From positions 1-58,251 of IMG/VR virus record IMGVR_UViG_3300017708_002093: a stretch of 58,251 bases of DNA; one strand, given 5' to 3'. Source of the stretch: a virus. Taxonomy: Duplodnaviria; Caudoviricetes. Position numbers and translations under genes: made by a program. The notes under the pieces are model-generated. The model had not been told where the DNA came from and ran no database searches. It was given only the letters and a program-made list of their open reading frames with translations. Shown here in pieces: positions 1-9,783 of this stretch. The stretch's first letter is position 1; every line of letters begins with the position of its first letter.

Positions 1-71
1 CATATATCAAGACATTCTTGTGTTGGGGGTTCTCCCACATAACGAACAAAAATTTTAGCATCTATTCCCAT
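1..71 (-). CDS. 5' part of a hypothetical protein (MGIDAKIFVRYVGEPPTQECLDI...), runs off the window
   Basis: ATG at 69-71 preceded by AAGGA (SD-like) and a TATAAT box at 92-97; frame open to the window edge. Confidence 0.6.
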   Translation of the reverse strand, partial: MGIDAKIFVRYVGEPPTQECLDI

Positions 72-91
72 AGTTAATTTCCTTTATAGAC

Positions 92-164
92 ATTATACAA
101 TAAAGTCATCATACAAAAGAACCTCCCTTTTTGGGGGAGGTCATGTGACGGTTCTTGAAGTGTC
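92..164 (-). promoter_or_regulatory. Probable early/middle promoter: imperfect palindrome GACACTTCAAGAACCGTCAC (145-164), GC hairpin (121-141), and -10 candidates TATGAT (108-113) and TATAAT (92-97)
   Basis: Motifs read directly from the minus strand; the hairpin ACCTCCCCCAAAAAGGGAGGT followed by TCTTTT may also terminate the gp46 transcript. Confidence 0.45.
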
Positions 165-255
165 TCAGTGCTTCCTTTCGGGAACGCATTGCCTGAGGTT
201 TCAATTTTCGTTTTTGCTCCTTCTTGGAGTGATGCTTCCAATTTGGGACTTGCAT
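109..255 (-). CDS. Small basic hypothetical protein, 48 aa (MQVPNWKHHSKKEQKRKLKPQAMRSRKEALRHFKNRHM...), of the type found after gp46 in cyanomyoviruses
   Basis: Translated by hand (below the ORF-track cutoff); starts 15 nt after the gp46 stop; more plausible than overlapping ORF 74..307. Confidence 0.65.
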   Translation of the reverse strand: MQVPNWKHHSKKEQKRKLKPQAMRSRKEALRHFKNRHMTSPKKGGSFV

Positions 256-269
256 TGTTCTTTGATGTA

Positions 270-1982
270 TCAGGACACCATACGGGAAAAACCTTTGACT
301 TTCTCAAACCTTATGACACTTTGGAATTTGTCATGTAAGTCTGACTTATGAGAGATAATGAATATATTAGCATCTTTAACTACATAACGAATAATCTTAA
401 GAAATTCATCTGTACCATATCCATCCAAAGAACTATCAAATACCTCATCAAGAATTAACAGATTAGTACTAGTTGAATTTTTAAACTTAGCAACTTCCCT
501 CCAAGTGAAAAGAAGAGCTAAGTCTATTCTTTGTTTTTCACCTTCACTGAATGAACTATACGAAAAATCTTCATGGATTGGTGATTGAATTGTTTCATTA
601 AATTCTTCGTCAAGAGTAAAGTTAATGTAGAAATCCATCATCTGAAGATACTTATTAACCTGCTGATTAATCAGAGGAAGATACTTTTTGATGATCTTTG
701 TTTTTACACCTCCGTCTTTTAGAAGACTATAAATGTAATCATAGTAAGTAATGTTTTCTTTTTGTTTATAGAAGTCTTCAGTTAATGATTGAAGACTTTT
801 TCTAAAACTTTCTAACTTTTCATGTTCAATACTTCGATTTGCAAGGTCTTCGGCAGTTCTTTGAATTTCATTTTGTAAATCTTTGATTTGTCGATGTATT
901 GATGTAATCCGAGAATTGTTTTTAGAAATACCATTCGTTAAGTTAGAAACATCCTTGGAAATCTGAAGGAAATGATCTTCTCTGACTTCTTCATTGTGTA
1001 TTGCCTGCTCAAGTTCTTTATAAGCATTTTGCAGTTCTTTTGCCTTTGATTTGGCTTCACTAATTTTATTTAACCTAAACTGTTCTTCCAGATCTTGAGT
1101 GCATGTGGGGCATACCGTATTCTCCTTAAAGAAACTATGCTCCTCGGTAATCGTTGTTACCTTCTGGGTCATCTTTCCTTTAAGGTTTCCTAACTTACGA
1201 AGTTTATTTTTTGCTCCTTTGTAAGATTCTAGTTTTTTATTCAGGTCTTCAATTTCAAAACCAAGATTTTCTACTTTTTCTCCAAGATCAGTTTCTTCAT
1301 CGCAAAGTTCAGTGATCTTATCTTCCTTATCTTTTATTGATTGCTTTCCCCTTTTTTCAATGTCCTCAATAAAAGTTTCTTGCATTTCAATCTTATCAGA
1401 AAAAGATTCTTTCTTGAGATCAATACTTCTAACTTGCTCTTTCAAAAAACGAATCTTATCTTTCACAATGGATGTCATTGAAGAAAAGATTTTAATGTCA
1501 AGTAAATCTTCAATAACTTCTCTTCGACTTGCAGCAGTAAGCTGCATAAATGGAACAAAATTACTACTACCAAGAATAACCACTTGAGTAAATGACTTAT
1601 AGTTCATCTTAAGAACATTTTGCTCAATCCACTTTTGTTGATCAATTGAAGATGCTTCTTGGTTTAATGCTTCTCCGTTTTTATAAATTTCAAATACTGC
1701 TGGTTTGATTCCCCTACAAATTTTCCAATCAATAGTTCCAATTGAAAACTCAATTTGAACTAAACAATCTTTTTCGTTTGTGGAATTAATTAATTGAGGT
1801 TTATTAATTCCACGAAAAGATTTTCCGAATAAAGAAAAAGTCAGTGCATCAAGAACAGTGCTCTTTCCTGCTCCATTCGCACCAACAATTAATGTAGTAT
1901 TTGATTTATCAAAATCAATCTCAGTAAATTGATTTCCAGTAGAAAGAAAGTTTTTAAATTTAATTTTTTTAAACAGTATCAT
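270..1982 (-). CDS. gp46: Recombination endonuclease ATPase subunit (Rad50/SbcC-like)
   Basis: Walker A GANGAGKS, coiled coil with CPTC zinc hook, signature FSEGE, Walker B LILDE, ISH. Confidence 0.97.
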   Translation of the reverse strand: MILFKKIKFKNFLSTGNQFTEIDFDKSNTTLIVGANGAGKSTVLDALTFSLFGKSFRGINKPQLINSTNEKDCLVQIEFSIGTIDWKICRGIKPAVFEIYKNGEALNQEASSIDQQKWIEQNVLKMNYKSFTQVVILGSSNFVPFMQLTAASRREVIEDLLDIKIFSSMTSIVKDKIRFLKEQVRSIDLKKESFSDKIEMQETFIEDIEKRGKQSIKDKEDKITELCDEETDLGEKVENLGFEIEDLNKKLESYKGAKNKLRKLGNLKGKMTQKVTTITEEHSFFKENTVCPTCTQDLEEQFRLNKISEAKSKAKELQNAYKELEQAIHNEEVREDHFLQISKDVSNLTNGISKNNSRITSIHRQIKDLQNEIQRTAEDLANRSIEHEKLESFRKSLQSLTEDFYKQKENITYYDYIYSLLKDGGVKTKIIKKYLPLINQQVNKYLQMMDFYINFTLDEEFNETIQSPIHEDFSYSSFSEGEKQRIDLALLFTWREVAKFKNSTSTNLLILDEVFDSSLDGYGTDEFLKIIRYVVKDANIFIISHKSDLHDKFQSVIRFEKVKGFSRMVS

Positions 1983-2238
1983 TTTCGATTGGAGGTATCA
2001 CAATATCATTAGAGTCAAAAATTATGTAACTATGCCCGTGCAGTTCACATAATTGTAGTATTAGTTTTTTATCAACTTCAACTACATTCATTTCTGGACT
2101 ACCTGAATTTTCTAACATCATAGCAAAACGAGTTGCATCATCATTTTCTTCGAAGATATAAAGAACTTGTTCTTCAAATTCATTTCTTACGGAATATGCA
2201 CCTTCCTCTTCTTTTCCATCAATAGTTATTATAAACAT
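1969..2238 (-). CDS. Conserved cyanophage hypothetical protein between gp47 and gp46
   Basis: 89-aa ORF coupled to both neighbours; synteny. Confidence 0.8.
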   Translation of the reverse strand: MFIITIDGKEEEGAYSVRNEFEEQVLYIFEENDDATRFAMMLENSGSPEMNVVEVDKKLILQLCELHGHSYIIFDSNDIVIPPIENDTV

Positions 2239-3270
2239 TTAAAACACTTCGCAAGACTCTCGATAAACTTCTTGAATCATGTTTTTTAGAACTGATTTAT
2301 CTAATTCATTTTCAGATTCAGTGATATATCTATTCAAGATAGAAAGAGTGTTTTCAGACTGAATGTCTTCCAATATTTCTTCTCCTTCAACTACCTGGAA
2401 GTTTTCAACGATTTTAACTTCAGCAGGATTTTGAGAATAAAGATACTCTAAGTATTTTTCAAACTTGAGATGATTTTTCTTTTCTCTCACAACAACTTTT
2501 ACAATTTTATTTTCAAAGTCTTGTTTTTTATCCATACCATCTTCCACATAATCAACTAGTTTAAAGATACTGTATGGATTATCTACCGGAAAATGTTCCA
2601 GAGTTTCTGTATCAAAGATGGTGAATCCTCTCCTATCACCAACATCTGACCAGAACATTTCGTATGGATTTCCCAAGTAGAATATTCTTCTATCATCCGA
2701 TCTAGTGTGGTAGTGACCAGAGAAGACTTTGGTGAACTTTGAATATAATTTGCCATCATGACCATGGTCCATGACGATTTGTTTATTAACTCTAAATCCG
2801 TTGAGTTCAAGGTGCCCCATCGCGATTTCGCAAGTTGTATTTTTAATAAGTTTGAAAGATTGCGTCTCATTGTTTTCGTTAATCCAAGGTAAGAATAGGA
2901 TATTTAATCCACCAATAGTAACCTCTGTTGGTGAGGAATAAGTCGTAATGTTAGAATAAGACTTAAGAAGAAGTTCTGGAGAATTAACTTGACTAGTGTT
3001 CTTATAGTAAGTATCATGATTGCCTACCATAAGATGAACCTTGTAATTAGACAAAGGATCAAAGACAACTCTTTTTGCCCACTCAAGACTTGAGTAATCA
3101 ATGTTTTTGCGAGAATCAAACGCATCGCCCATATGAATGACTGTATCTATCCCGTACTGTTCCAGCGTCGGGAAAAATACAGATCTATAAAAGTTCTCAA
3201 AGTACTCCTCAAATACTTTAGAACCTTTTTTAAACCCATAATGAGTGTCGGTAATAATCGCTACTTTCAT
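2239..3270 (-). CDS. gp47: Recombination endonuclease nuclease subunit (Mre11/SbcD-like)
   Basis: Phosphoesterase motifs DTH, GD.FD, GNHD, GH, GHYH. Confidence 0.97.
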   Translation of the reverse strand: MKVAIITDTHYGFKKGSKVFEEYFENFYRSVFFPTLEQYGIDTVIHMGDAFDSRKNIDYSSLEWAKRVVFDPLSNYKVHLMVGNHDTYYKNTSQVNSPELLLKSYSNITTYSSPTEVTIGGLNILFLPWINENNETQSFKLIKNTTCEIAMGHLELNGFRVNKQIVMDHGHDGKLYSKFTKVFSGHYHTRSDDRRIFYLGNPYEMFWSDVGDRRGFTIFDTETLEHFPVDNPYSIFKLVDYVEDGMDKKQDFENKIVKVVVREKKNHLKFEKYLEYLYSQNPAEVKIVENFQVVEGEEILEDIQSENTLSILNRYITESENELDKSVLKNMIQEVYRESCEVF

Positions 3271-3810
3271 TCAATAACGAAGTTTGATGTGAACGTTTTC
3301 TTTGATACTATTATAATCTGAATAGTTTGATCCGTCAATAGTGTTGTCATCACAGAAGACTTCACTAAAACCGGTCTTTTCAAGAATTTTATTTTTAATT
3401 TCTAATTGTCTTTTCTCTTTTGCAATTCTTCTCAAAAAAGCATAAGTAATAACTTGTGTGAAGTATGCAAAAGGATTAGATGATTTATCTGGATTGAAAT
3501 TTAATACACATTGAATACAATTTTCAATTCCATCAGATACCATCTCATCAATAAAGATGTAGTTGATAAAATTAGTTTTGTATGATAGGTGAGTTGCCAT
3601 TTTAATAAAACAATCTCCAATGTACCTCGGAACTTGAGGTTTATCAGGACTTTTCCACTTTTTTAATTGATCAATTGCAATCTCTGGATTTTCCTTAACT
3701 GCTTCTGCCATTACAAGATTTCTGTATTCAATCAAAGAAGCAAGAAATTCTTTATTATTTACATAATGTTCTGATTTTTTTTTCTTAGGCATTGTTCCAA
3801 CATTAATCAT
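3271..3810 (-). CDS. gp55: Late-transcription sigma factor
   Basis: HYVNNKEFL, YIGDCFIKMA, NPFAYFTQ..YAFLRRI.KEK motifs; position before gp47. Confidence 0.95.
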   Translation of the reverse strand: MINVGTMPKKKKSEHYVNNKEFLASLIEYRNLVMAEAVKENPEIAIDQLKKWKSPDKPQVPRYIGDCFIKMATHLSYKTNFINYIFIDEMVSDGIENCIQCVLNFNPDKSSNPFAYFTQVITYAFLRRIAKEKRQLEIKNKILEKTGFSEVFCDDNTIDGSNYSDYNSIKENVHIKLRY

Positions 3811-3837
3811 AAAATTTATTAATCCAACTATCTAGAT

Positions 3838-3866
3838 ATTATAACATCTGTACTCAGAATAAACAA
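3838..3866 (-). promoter_or_regulatory. Sigma70-type promoter for gp55-gp47-gp46 (TTGTTT-17 bp-TATAAT, extended TGn -10)
   Basis: Read on the minus strand about 28 nt upstream of the gp55 start. Confidence 0.65.
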
Positions 3867-3869
3867 GAG

Positions 3870-3899
3870 TTGACACCACCTGCTGCTTACGTGTATAAT
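3870..3899 (+). promoter_or_regulatory. Consensus sigma70 promoter on the non-coding strand (TTGACA-18 bp-TATAAT)
   Basis: TTGACA 3870-3875, TATAAT 3894-3899; no plus-strand gene downstream. Confidence 0.6.
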
Positions 3900-3926
3900 C
3901 TGTTTGTCAGGTTTGGATGAGATTAC

Positions 3927-4409
3927 TTAGCTATCATTAAAGATCTTCTCTAAGGATCTCTTGGCATCATTCACACTAGAGAGATATCCCATCTTTCTTG
4001 ATGCTGTCTTCTGCATTTGTTCTTTATCACCGAATTGATTAAATTGCTCATACATAGAAATCATTTCTAGATCATTATTTTCAGATAATGATAAAACATC
4101 ATTAGTATCAATAATCAATAAAGTATCTTTTGTAGTCTTTAGCCAAGGTTCTATTTTGTAACCATTCAATCCTCTCCTATTTTTTAATTCAGTAACAGTA
4201 ATAGGAGAATTCAAAAGTAACATAGTTTTATTTTCATCTTTTGATGCCATTACTTTTGCAAAGATCTCTTCTCCAGTTTTAAGTTTGACTGTTGAATAAA
4301 AATCTTCTTCTAGTGGTTTTCCACTAAAGAGAACTGTTTCTGAAATTGTTTTTTTCTTTTCTTCTTTTTTATTAAATATTTTATTTAATAAATTTTTTAT
4401 CTTCTTCAT
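3927..4409 (-). CDS. Conserved T4-like hypothetical protein downstream of uvsW (possible Sm-like fold)
   Basis: EDFY.TVKLKTGEEIFAKV...IEPWLK...KMGYLSSVNDAK..LEKIF; synteny. Confidence 0.75.
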   Translation of the reverse strand: MKKIKNLLNKIFNKKEEKKKTISETVLFSGKPLEEDFYSTVKLKTGEEIFAKVMASKDENKTMLLLNSPITVTELKNRRGLNGYKIEPWLKTTKDTLLIIDTNDVLSLSENNDLEMISMYEQFNQFGDKEQMQKTASRKMGYLSSVNDAKRSLEKIFNDS

Positions 4410-5869
4410 TCTTTTATGTTAATAGGGATTATTTCATAGTTAAAGTTTTCTTCATTATAGATTTTGATTCTTTCTATAAAATGATTTAATGTATAATTTT
4501 TTCTTGAATTATAAGTACAATCATCAGAAATATCATAAAGAACTGCTTTGGTTTTGTTTGTTCCTTTCCTTAGTACTCTACCGATTGACTGCAAATTACG
4601 AATGCGTGATTTACTTGGGGAAGCAAAAACTACGTTATGTAGATTTTTAATATTAATTCCTGTTGAGAAAACTCCATAAGAAGCAATAATAACAGCATTA
4701 TTTTCTTTTTCAGTAATTTCTCTTATTTTTTCTCTCTCAGTAGTATCTACACCACCATGAACAAAGAAAACTTTTCTATTTTCTTGAACTGCATTATTTA
4801 TGAGTTCAAATAAAGGAGCACCATGTCCTTCTATTCTTGCAAAGAGTACAAGAGTATTTCCACTTAAATCTAATACAAGATTACGAATAAATTTATTTCG
4901 CTTTTCATGTCCTATAATAAATTGTACTTCATCTTCAAAAGTTTCAAATATCTGAGGATTATGTTTTAATGTAAGACATCGAATGTCTAATTTAGAAATG
5001 TGACCCTTATCCATCAACTCTTTTGTTCTTGTTACCTTGTATGATGGACCAAACACTCCCTCTAAGACCCACTTATGCGTCTGTGTGCCGTCTAAAGTAC
5101 CTGTGAACCCAAATCTATACTTACATGAGTGTAACTTCGACATGATGCTGATTAGAGACTTACTTTTAAATAAATGTGCTTCATCACCAATCACTACTTC
5201 GTAATCATTAAAAAACTTTTTCTCTAACTTATAAATTGATTGCCAAGTTGTAATAGTCACTTGGTGTTCATTTGTTTTCTCTCTTCCACTATAAATTTTA
5301 TGACAGTATGACTCAGCATCCCAACCGTAATCCTCAAAATCTTTGTACATCTGCTCTACTAGAGATGTCGTTGGAACAACTAAAAGAATTTTTTTACCTT
5401 TATCCACATAGTATCGTACAACAGAATAAATCATCAAAGATTTGCCACTTGCAGTGGGACTTATCAATAATTTTCTATTATACCTTAGAGCACCATGTAC
5501 TCCCTCAATTTGATAATTACGGGGAGAAAAAGAACAAATAGAATTCATGTAATCTTTTACACCTTCCATTGAGATTTCTTCATTTATCTCAAATGGAAGT
5601 CCATAAAATTTATTCTCTACAAACTCATAACTGTAATTGTGAATTTTTAATTTTGAAATAACTTTATCTAATAATCCAACATAGATTTCTCCAGTATGAA
5701 TTGAAAGAAGACGGATCATTCCGTCCCAATATTTACTTCTCATTTGAGGCATAAACTTTGCCCCTGGAACTTCAAATGTAAAGTACTCTTGTAGTTCATA
5801 TAAAATATGAGGTTCACATTCTAACTTAATGTAAACCTCATTCTTTTTATGTATTCTTACATCACACAT
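4406..5869 (-). CDS. uvsW: SF2 RNA-DNA/DNA-DNA helicase UvsW
   Basis: SPTASGKS, DEAH, TGT, QSIGRVLR motifs. Confidence 0.96.
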   Translation of the reverse strand: MCDVRIHKKNEVYIKLECEPHILYELQEYFTFEVPGAKFMPQMRSKYWDGMIRLLSIHTGEIYVGLLDKVISKLKIHNYSYEFVENKFYGLPFEINEEISMEGVKDYMNSICSFSPRNYQIEGVHGALRYNRKLLISPTASGKSLMIYSVVRYYVDKGKKILLVVPTTSLVEQMYKDFEDYGWDAESYCHKIYSGREKTNEHQVTITTWQSIYKLEKKFFNDYEVVIGDEAHLFKSKSLISIMSKLHSCKYRFGFTGTLDGTQTHKWVLEGVFGPSYKVTRTKELMDKGHISKLDIRCLTLKHNPQIFETFEDEVQFIIGHEKRNKFIRNLVLDLSGNTLVLFARIEGHGAPLFELINNAVQENRKVFFVHGGVDTTEREKIREITEKENNAVIIASYGVFSTGINIKNLHNVVFASPSKSRIRNLQSIGRVLRKGTNKTKAVLYDISDDCTYNSRKNYTLNHFIERIKIYNEENFNYEIIPINIKE

Positions 5870-5895
5870 AACATAATTAAACCTGTTATGTGTAT

Positions 5896-6078
5896 TTAGT
5901 TCATATTATCAAACTGATATTCTAATATTATCCTATAGAAGTTATCTCTCATAGCGATTAAATCTTCTTGCTCTTGTGGATCACCACCAGACCATTTCTG
6001 AACTGCTTGTGATAATCCTGTATGAATTGATCGAATTGCTTTGATAGGTAATTCTAAAATATAATATTGTTCTTCCAT
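5896..6078 (-). CDS. Hypothetical protein, 60 aa
   Basis: ORF overlaps the uvsY stop (TAATG coupling). Confidence 0.7.
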   Translation of the reverse strand: MEEQYYILELPIKAIRSIHTGLSQAVQKWSGGDPQEQEDLIAMRDNFYRIILEYQFDNMN

Positions 6079-6515
6079 TAACCTAAACCGGATTGAAATT
6101 TCATAAAATCTATGGAATTTTTAATTTGGTATGTTCTATTATGTATTTGTCTAAGTATATCTTCTAGATATTTAAGCATTACATCATAATACTCAACTTT
6201 TAAGGAAACTCTGGAAAGTTTATCATCAGCATTTAAATATCTTTCTAGGTCATTTTTATCACGAACTTTTTTTTGGAAAGGTTCTTCTATATAAACATCA
6301 GGATCTGCTTTTCCAGAGTAAAACTGATGTCTTTCATGTCTTATTTTTCTTTTCTGTTGATCAACATTCTTTCTTAGAAGAATTATGTTATTATATAAAT
6401 CAAAGTATTTTGCATGTAAAGAAGGAATATTTAAAGATTCTGTATGTAAATTGTCAATGTCAATCTTAGAATCTTTTTCCCACATACTTTGAATAATTTC
6501 AAGATTAATTGCCAT
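6078..6515 (-). CDS. uvsY: Recombination mediator UvsY
   Basis: W..DSKID...L..ESL.IP.LHAKY...YL.AD...R.YQIKNSIDF; synteny gp3-uvsY-uvsW. Confidence 0.92.
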   Translation of the reverse strand: MAINLEIIQSMWEKDSKIDIDNLHTESLNIPSLHAKYFDLYNNIILLRKNVDQQKRKIRHERHQFYSGKADPDVYIEEPFQKKVRDKNDLERYLNADDKLSRVSLKVEYYDVMLKYLEDILRQIHNRTYQIKNSIDFMKFQSGLG

Positions 6516-6518
6516 AAA

Positions 6519-7106
6519 TTAGTCGTATCTCTTAGGTAAGTAATTTCCTTTTGAATCAAGTACATTATACATCATATACTTGAAATTGACTTCTGCAGTG
6601 AAGTATTCCTCATCGGTATTTGTTGCATCAAAATTAAGTTCAGATAAACGATAAGGAAACATTCTCCTAAATGAAATTTGATATTTTAAGTTATCACTAC
6701 TCGTATTGATCAGCAAAGTCCCATCTGAATATAAATTCATTTGACTTTTATCTGGTTGACTAAAGTCTTCATTTGAATTTTGAAATTCATAAATTTGCTG
6801 AAGAGATTCTGGAAATCCTAGTCCCCTCATCCAATTCTGAATTTCCATGTAATTCTGTAAATCTTCATCAACTAAAAATTTAATAGTGAAATCATCAAAT
6901 TGCATCATGTCACCTGGGATAGGAATGTTGTTGGTGTACGTTGACTGAGTAGCAACACCTAACTCTATTCCAGGAACATTTACTGAATTTGTTAAGAATG
7001 ACACTTTTGGTGCTCTGTTTAAAGTAAATTTAAACTTAACAGACGATAAAAAATTTCTATTTTCTATTTGTCGTTTAGTGCCATAATTACCGTATCTCTC
7101 TGCCAT
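6519..7106 (-). CDS. gp3: Tail tube terminator / tail completion protein
   Basis: NRNFLS...FKFTL...PG..F..FLVDEDLQNY.EI.NW; follows gp23. Confidence 0.9.
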   Translation of the reverse strand: MAERYGNYGTKRQIENRNFLSSVKFKFTLNRAPKVSFLTNSVNVPGIELGVATQSTYTNNIPIPGDMMQFDDFTIKFLVDEDLQNYMEIQNWMRGLGFPESLQQIYEFQNSNEDFSQPDKSQMNLYSDGTLLINTSSDNLKYQISFRRMFPYRLSELNFDATNTDEEYFTAEVNFKYMMYNVLDSKGNYLPKRYD

Positions 7107-7119
7107 CTTTCTTTCTGAT

Positions 7120-7126
7120 TATTTAG
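7120..7126 (-). promoter_or_regulatory. T4-type late promoter (CTAAATA) for gp3
   Basis: Core TAAATA 14 nt upstream of the start. Similar boxes at about 5893, 10728, 10923, 12597, 15881, 19421, 32961-32974, 47417, 48339, 49601, 49838, 52545; several overlap the upstream TAA stop. Confidence 0.7.
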
Positions 7127-7128
7127 AC

Positions 7129-7157
7129 AAAAAAAGAGGGTTCCGAAGAACCCTCTT
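7129..7157 (-). terminator. Rho-independent terminator after gp23
   Basis: AAGAGGGTTC-TTCG-GAACCCTCTT stem with C(UUCG)G loop followed by a T run. Confidence 0.9.
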
Positions 7158-7181
7158 AGAAAAGTATGTGTACTTAATGGA

Positions 7182-8573
7182 TCACATAAGGTTTTTGACT
7201 TGAACCCTTCTGTAATAGCGGTTGCTATTTGAAGTAAGTCTGCCAAGACCCTGGTTAGAAACATTACCTTCAGCGAATGGGTTTGCGACCATGCCGTAGC
7301 GGGTCTTAAATCCAATTTTGGGCTGGAAGTTGTTCTCACCAACGGCGCGAACCATTTGGAGAGGAACGTATGGGCAGTAGAACATACCTGCGTCATAAGG
7401 TGAAGAACCTTTATAACCAGCAACATAGTACTGAGCGGCAGCACCGTTTGCAGAATAAGGATCGATGTAGACGCGATACTTACCCATGAGAGTACCAGCA
7501 AAGGTGTTGCCGGTATCATCAACGTTCAGGTTTGCATTGAGTGCAGGGGTGTAGTCAAGAACACCAGCCATGGTCAGTGCAGAAGCAACGTCTGCAGAAC
7601 ACAGAATGATGTTGCCCTTTCCTCTACGAGTTCTTTGTGCGATTGCGTTAGCATCACGCTCGATTTGGAACAGGAGACCTTTGAACTTCTCAACGCTCCA
7701 GCGACCGTTAGAATCAACGTCAAGGTCAAATACGCCTTGGTTAGCAACATTAGTTGCAGCACCTTGTTCGGCGGTCTTATAGATGGTTCTGATGACTTCG
7801 CGGTTGATTTCAGCAAGAATTTCGCTAGACAAGATGTTAGCGAGTTCTGCTTCTGCATTCAGACCGTGAATTGCCTTCAGATCTTGAGCAAGCTCAAGTG
7901 AATACTCAGCTTTCAGTGCGCGTGACTTAGCGGTCACGGTGACTTTTTCGATGCTGAATGCCATCTCAGCAAATGCTGAAGTGCCTTCAACTTCGCCAAG
8001 AGTCTCGGCATCACCGGTATTCATACCAGTACCGACACTGTAATCATCAGTACCAAGAAGACCAGGATTAGAACCTACTTGATCAGTACTACCAATGCCA
8101 GTTGCGCCAGCATAAGGAGCACCAACACCCAAATCTCCCTGAGCGTTCTGACCAGAGAATCCGGTATCTGCTTCATCAAACAGTGCTTCTGTACCAGACT
8201 GATTGGTGTAGCGTGAACGCATCGCGAAGATGAGTCCAGTAGGACCAGACATTGGTTGAACGCCTGCAAGGTCATAAGCGACCAAGTTAGGCATTGAACG
8301 TCTGATCAAGGAGATCAGTACAGGGTCGAAACCTGCAACAGGACCACCTTCAGCAGAACCACCAGTGAAACCACCAGTGCCAGCAGCGTTAGTTGGTGCC
8401 TCAGTCAGGAGTGAACCTGATTGTGCAAAAGCATTTTGCTCTTGCAGGAATTTTTCTTGATTTTCGAGCAGGACAGCTGTGACGGCTCTTCTGTGAGGAT
8501 CTGCGATTTTATCGAGACCTTCGTGCTCCAGAAGGGGTGCCCACTTATCCTGCAGATGTTCGGAATGGAACAT
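7182..8573 (-). CDS. gp23: Major capsid protein
   Basis: KW.PLL, LLENQE, FDPVLISLIRR.MP, GVQPM.GPTGLIFAMR, KSRALKAEYS.ELAQDLKAIHG, YCPYVPL, FQPKIGFKTRYG. Confidence 0.99.
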   Translation of the reverse strand: MFHSEHLQDKWAPLLEHEGLDKIADPHRRAVTAVLLENQEKFLQEQNAFAQSGSLLTEAPTNAAGTGGFTGGSAEGGPVAGFDPVLISLIRRSMPNLVAYDLAGVQPMSGPTGLIFAMRSRYTNQSGTEALFDEADTGFSGQNAQGDLGVGAPYAGATGIGSTDQVGSNPGLLGTDDYSVGTGMNTGDAETLGEVEGTSAFAEMAFSIEKVTVTAKSRALKAEYSLELAQDLKAIHGLNAEAELANILSSEILAEINREVIRTIYKTAEQGAATNVANQGVFDLDVDSNGRWSVEKFKGLLFQIERDANAIAQRTRRGKGNIILCSADVASALTMAGVLDYTPALNANLNVDDTGNTFAGTLMGKYRVYIDPYSANGAAAQYYVAGYKGSSPYDAGMFYCPYVPLQMVRAVGENNFQPKIGFKTRYGMVANPFAEGNVSNQGLGRLTSNSNRYYRRVQVKNLM

Positions 8574-8614
8574 TGCGGTTTACCTCTTTTAGTGTGTTTG
8601 TTTAAATGTTAATT

Positions 8615-9712
8615 TCATGATTTGGACATTCTGGTCAGCATCTGAGCGTATGATGCAACTCTGGGATTAGAAATCTCAGAAGAAACATCAGCACCCTCGG
8701 TCAGCGTCTCAGTTTTTGTGTGTGGAGCAGCAGTATTTGAAGGGAAATAAGATTCCTTCAATGCCACTAACTTTTCACGATATTCTTTTTCACTTCCAAA
8801 CTCAACACTTTCGGCAAGTGAAGAGAGCTTCTCTTTCTGGCTCAGGGCAAGACCCTCAGCAATTTCTCCAAAGATTCCATCAGCAACCGACTCTGCGAGG
8901 CGCTTGTTTAATGATACATTCTTTTCGATCTGCTCGTTGAGTTTTGATTCCATTTCATCAAGTTTTTCTACCATGCTATTAAGTACATCATATTTTTCTT
9001 CAGGGATTGATACATAATGTTCTTCAAATAGATTTTTCAGACCTGACATGAATGACTCAGAGAGTTCTTCTTTCAGACCTTGCTCGACTGAGAGTTGATT
9101 TTCAGAAATCCACTCATCAGAAACATATTCAAGATAAGAATCTACACGCTCAGTAAGTGCTGCTTTAATTTCAGCAACTTCTTCGGTGAGTGCTTCTGCA
9201 TACTGAACTTCAAGTGATTCCTTAATTTCGGAAACTTTGGTGTTCAGTGCTGCTTCGAATACGACCTTTGCTTTCTCTTTAAACTCTTCGGAGAGTTCTT
9301 CATCAGTTTGAAGAATTGCATTCACATCTTCTTCAACGCTATATGCTTCTTCTGCAGATTCTTCTACTTCCTGTTCAGCAACAACTTCAGTTGCTCCTTC
9401 TTCAGTTTCGATTTCCTCTTCAGATACCACTTCTCCTTCAACTTCTTCTTCTTCTTTTACACCAGCAGGCATTGGATCTGCCTTACCAGCACCTTTATTC
9501 ACAACGTCATTTACAGTTTTTAGTGTAGGTTCTTTTAATTTTGCTGAATCGTCATCAGACTTATAATTCTCTGGTGTAGGACCACCAAGATCTTCATAAG
9601 AACCAGCGATAGAAGTATCCATTGAATCTCCTGTCTTTGCCTCAGCATTGACAGCAGTATTGGATTGTGATGTGCCTACTTCCATTTCGTGTAAATTTTC
9701 TCCACTAGACAT
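8615..9712 (-). CDS. gp22: Prohead core scaffolding protein
   Basis: Acidic; ELSEEFKEKAK.VFEAA, VDSYL.YV..EW..EN; synteny. Confidence 0.93.
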   Translation of the reverse strand: MSSGENLHEMEVGTSQSNTAVNAEAKTGDSMDTSIAGSYEDLGGPTPENYKSDDDSAKLKEPTLKTVNDVVNKGAGKADPMPAGVKEEEEVEGEVVSEEEIETEEGATEVVAEQEVEESAEEAYSVEEDVNAILQTDEELSEEFKEKAKVVFEAALNTKVSEIKESLEVQYAEALTEEVAEIKAALTERVDSYLEYVSDEWISENQLSVEQGLKEELSESFMSGLKNLFEEHYVSIPEEKYDVLNSMVEKLDEMESKLNEQIEKNVSLNKRLAESVADGIFGEIAEGLALSQKEKLSSLAESVEFGSEKEYREKLVALKESYFPSNTAAPHTKTETLTEGADVSSEISNPRVASYAQMLTRMSKS

Positions 9713-9751
9713 TTGAACTCTCCGATGTTACCGTTTTTTTAAAACTATATT

Positions 9752-9759
9752 TATTTATA
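9752..9759 (-). promoter_or_regulatory. Late promoter TATAAATA for gp22-gp23
   Basis: Exact T4 late consensus 40 nt upstream of gp22. Confidence 0.8.
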
Positions 9760-9783
9760 ATTTGTAAAGTTACACTATATGTG

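Noticed and set aside
74-351. ORF-track entries 74..307 (-) and 145..351 (+)
   Set aside because: They overlap gp46 and regulatory signals; the 109..255 frame is the more plausible gene.
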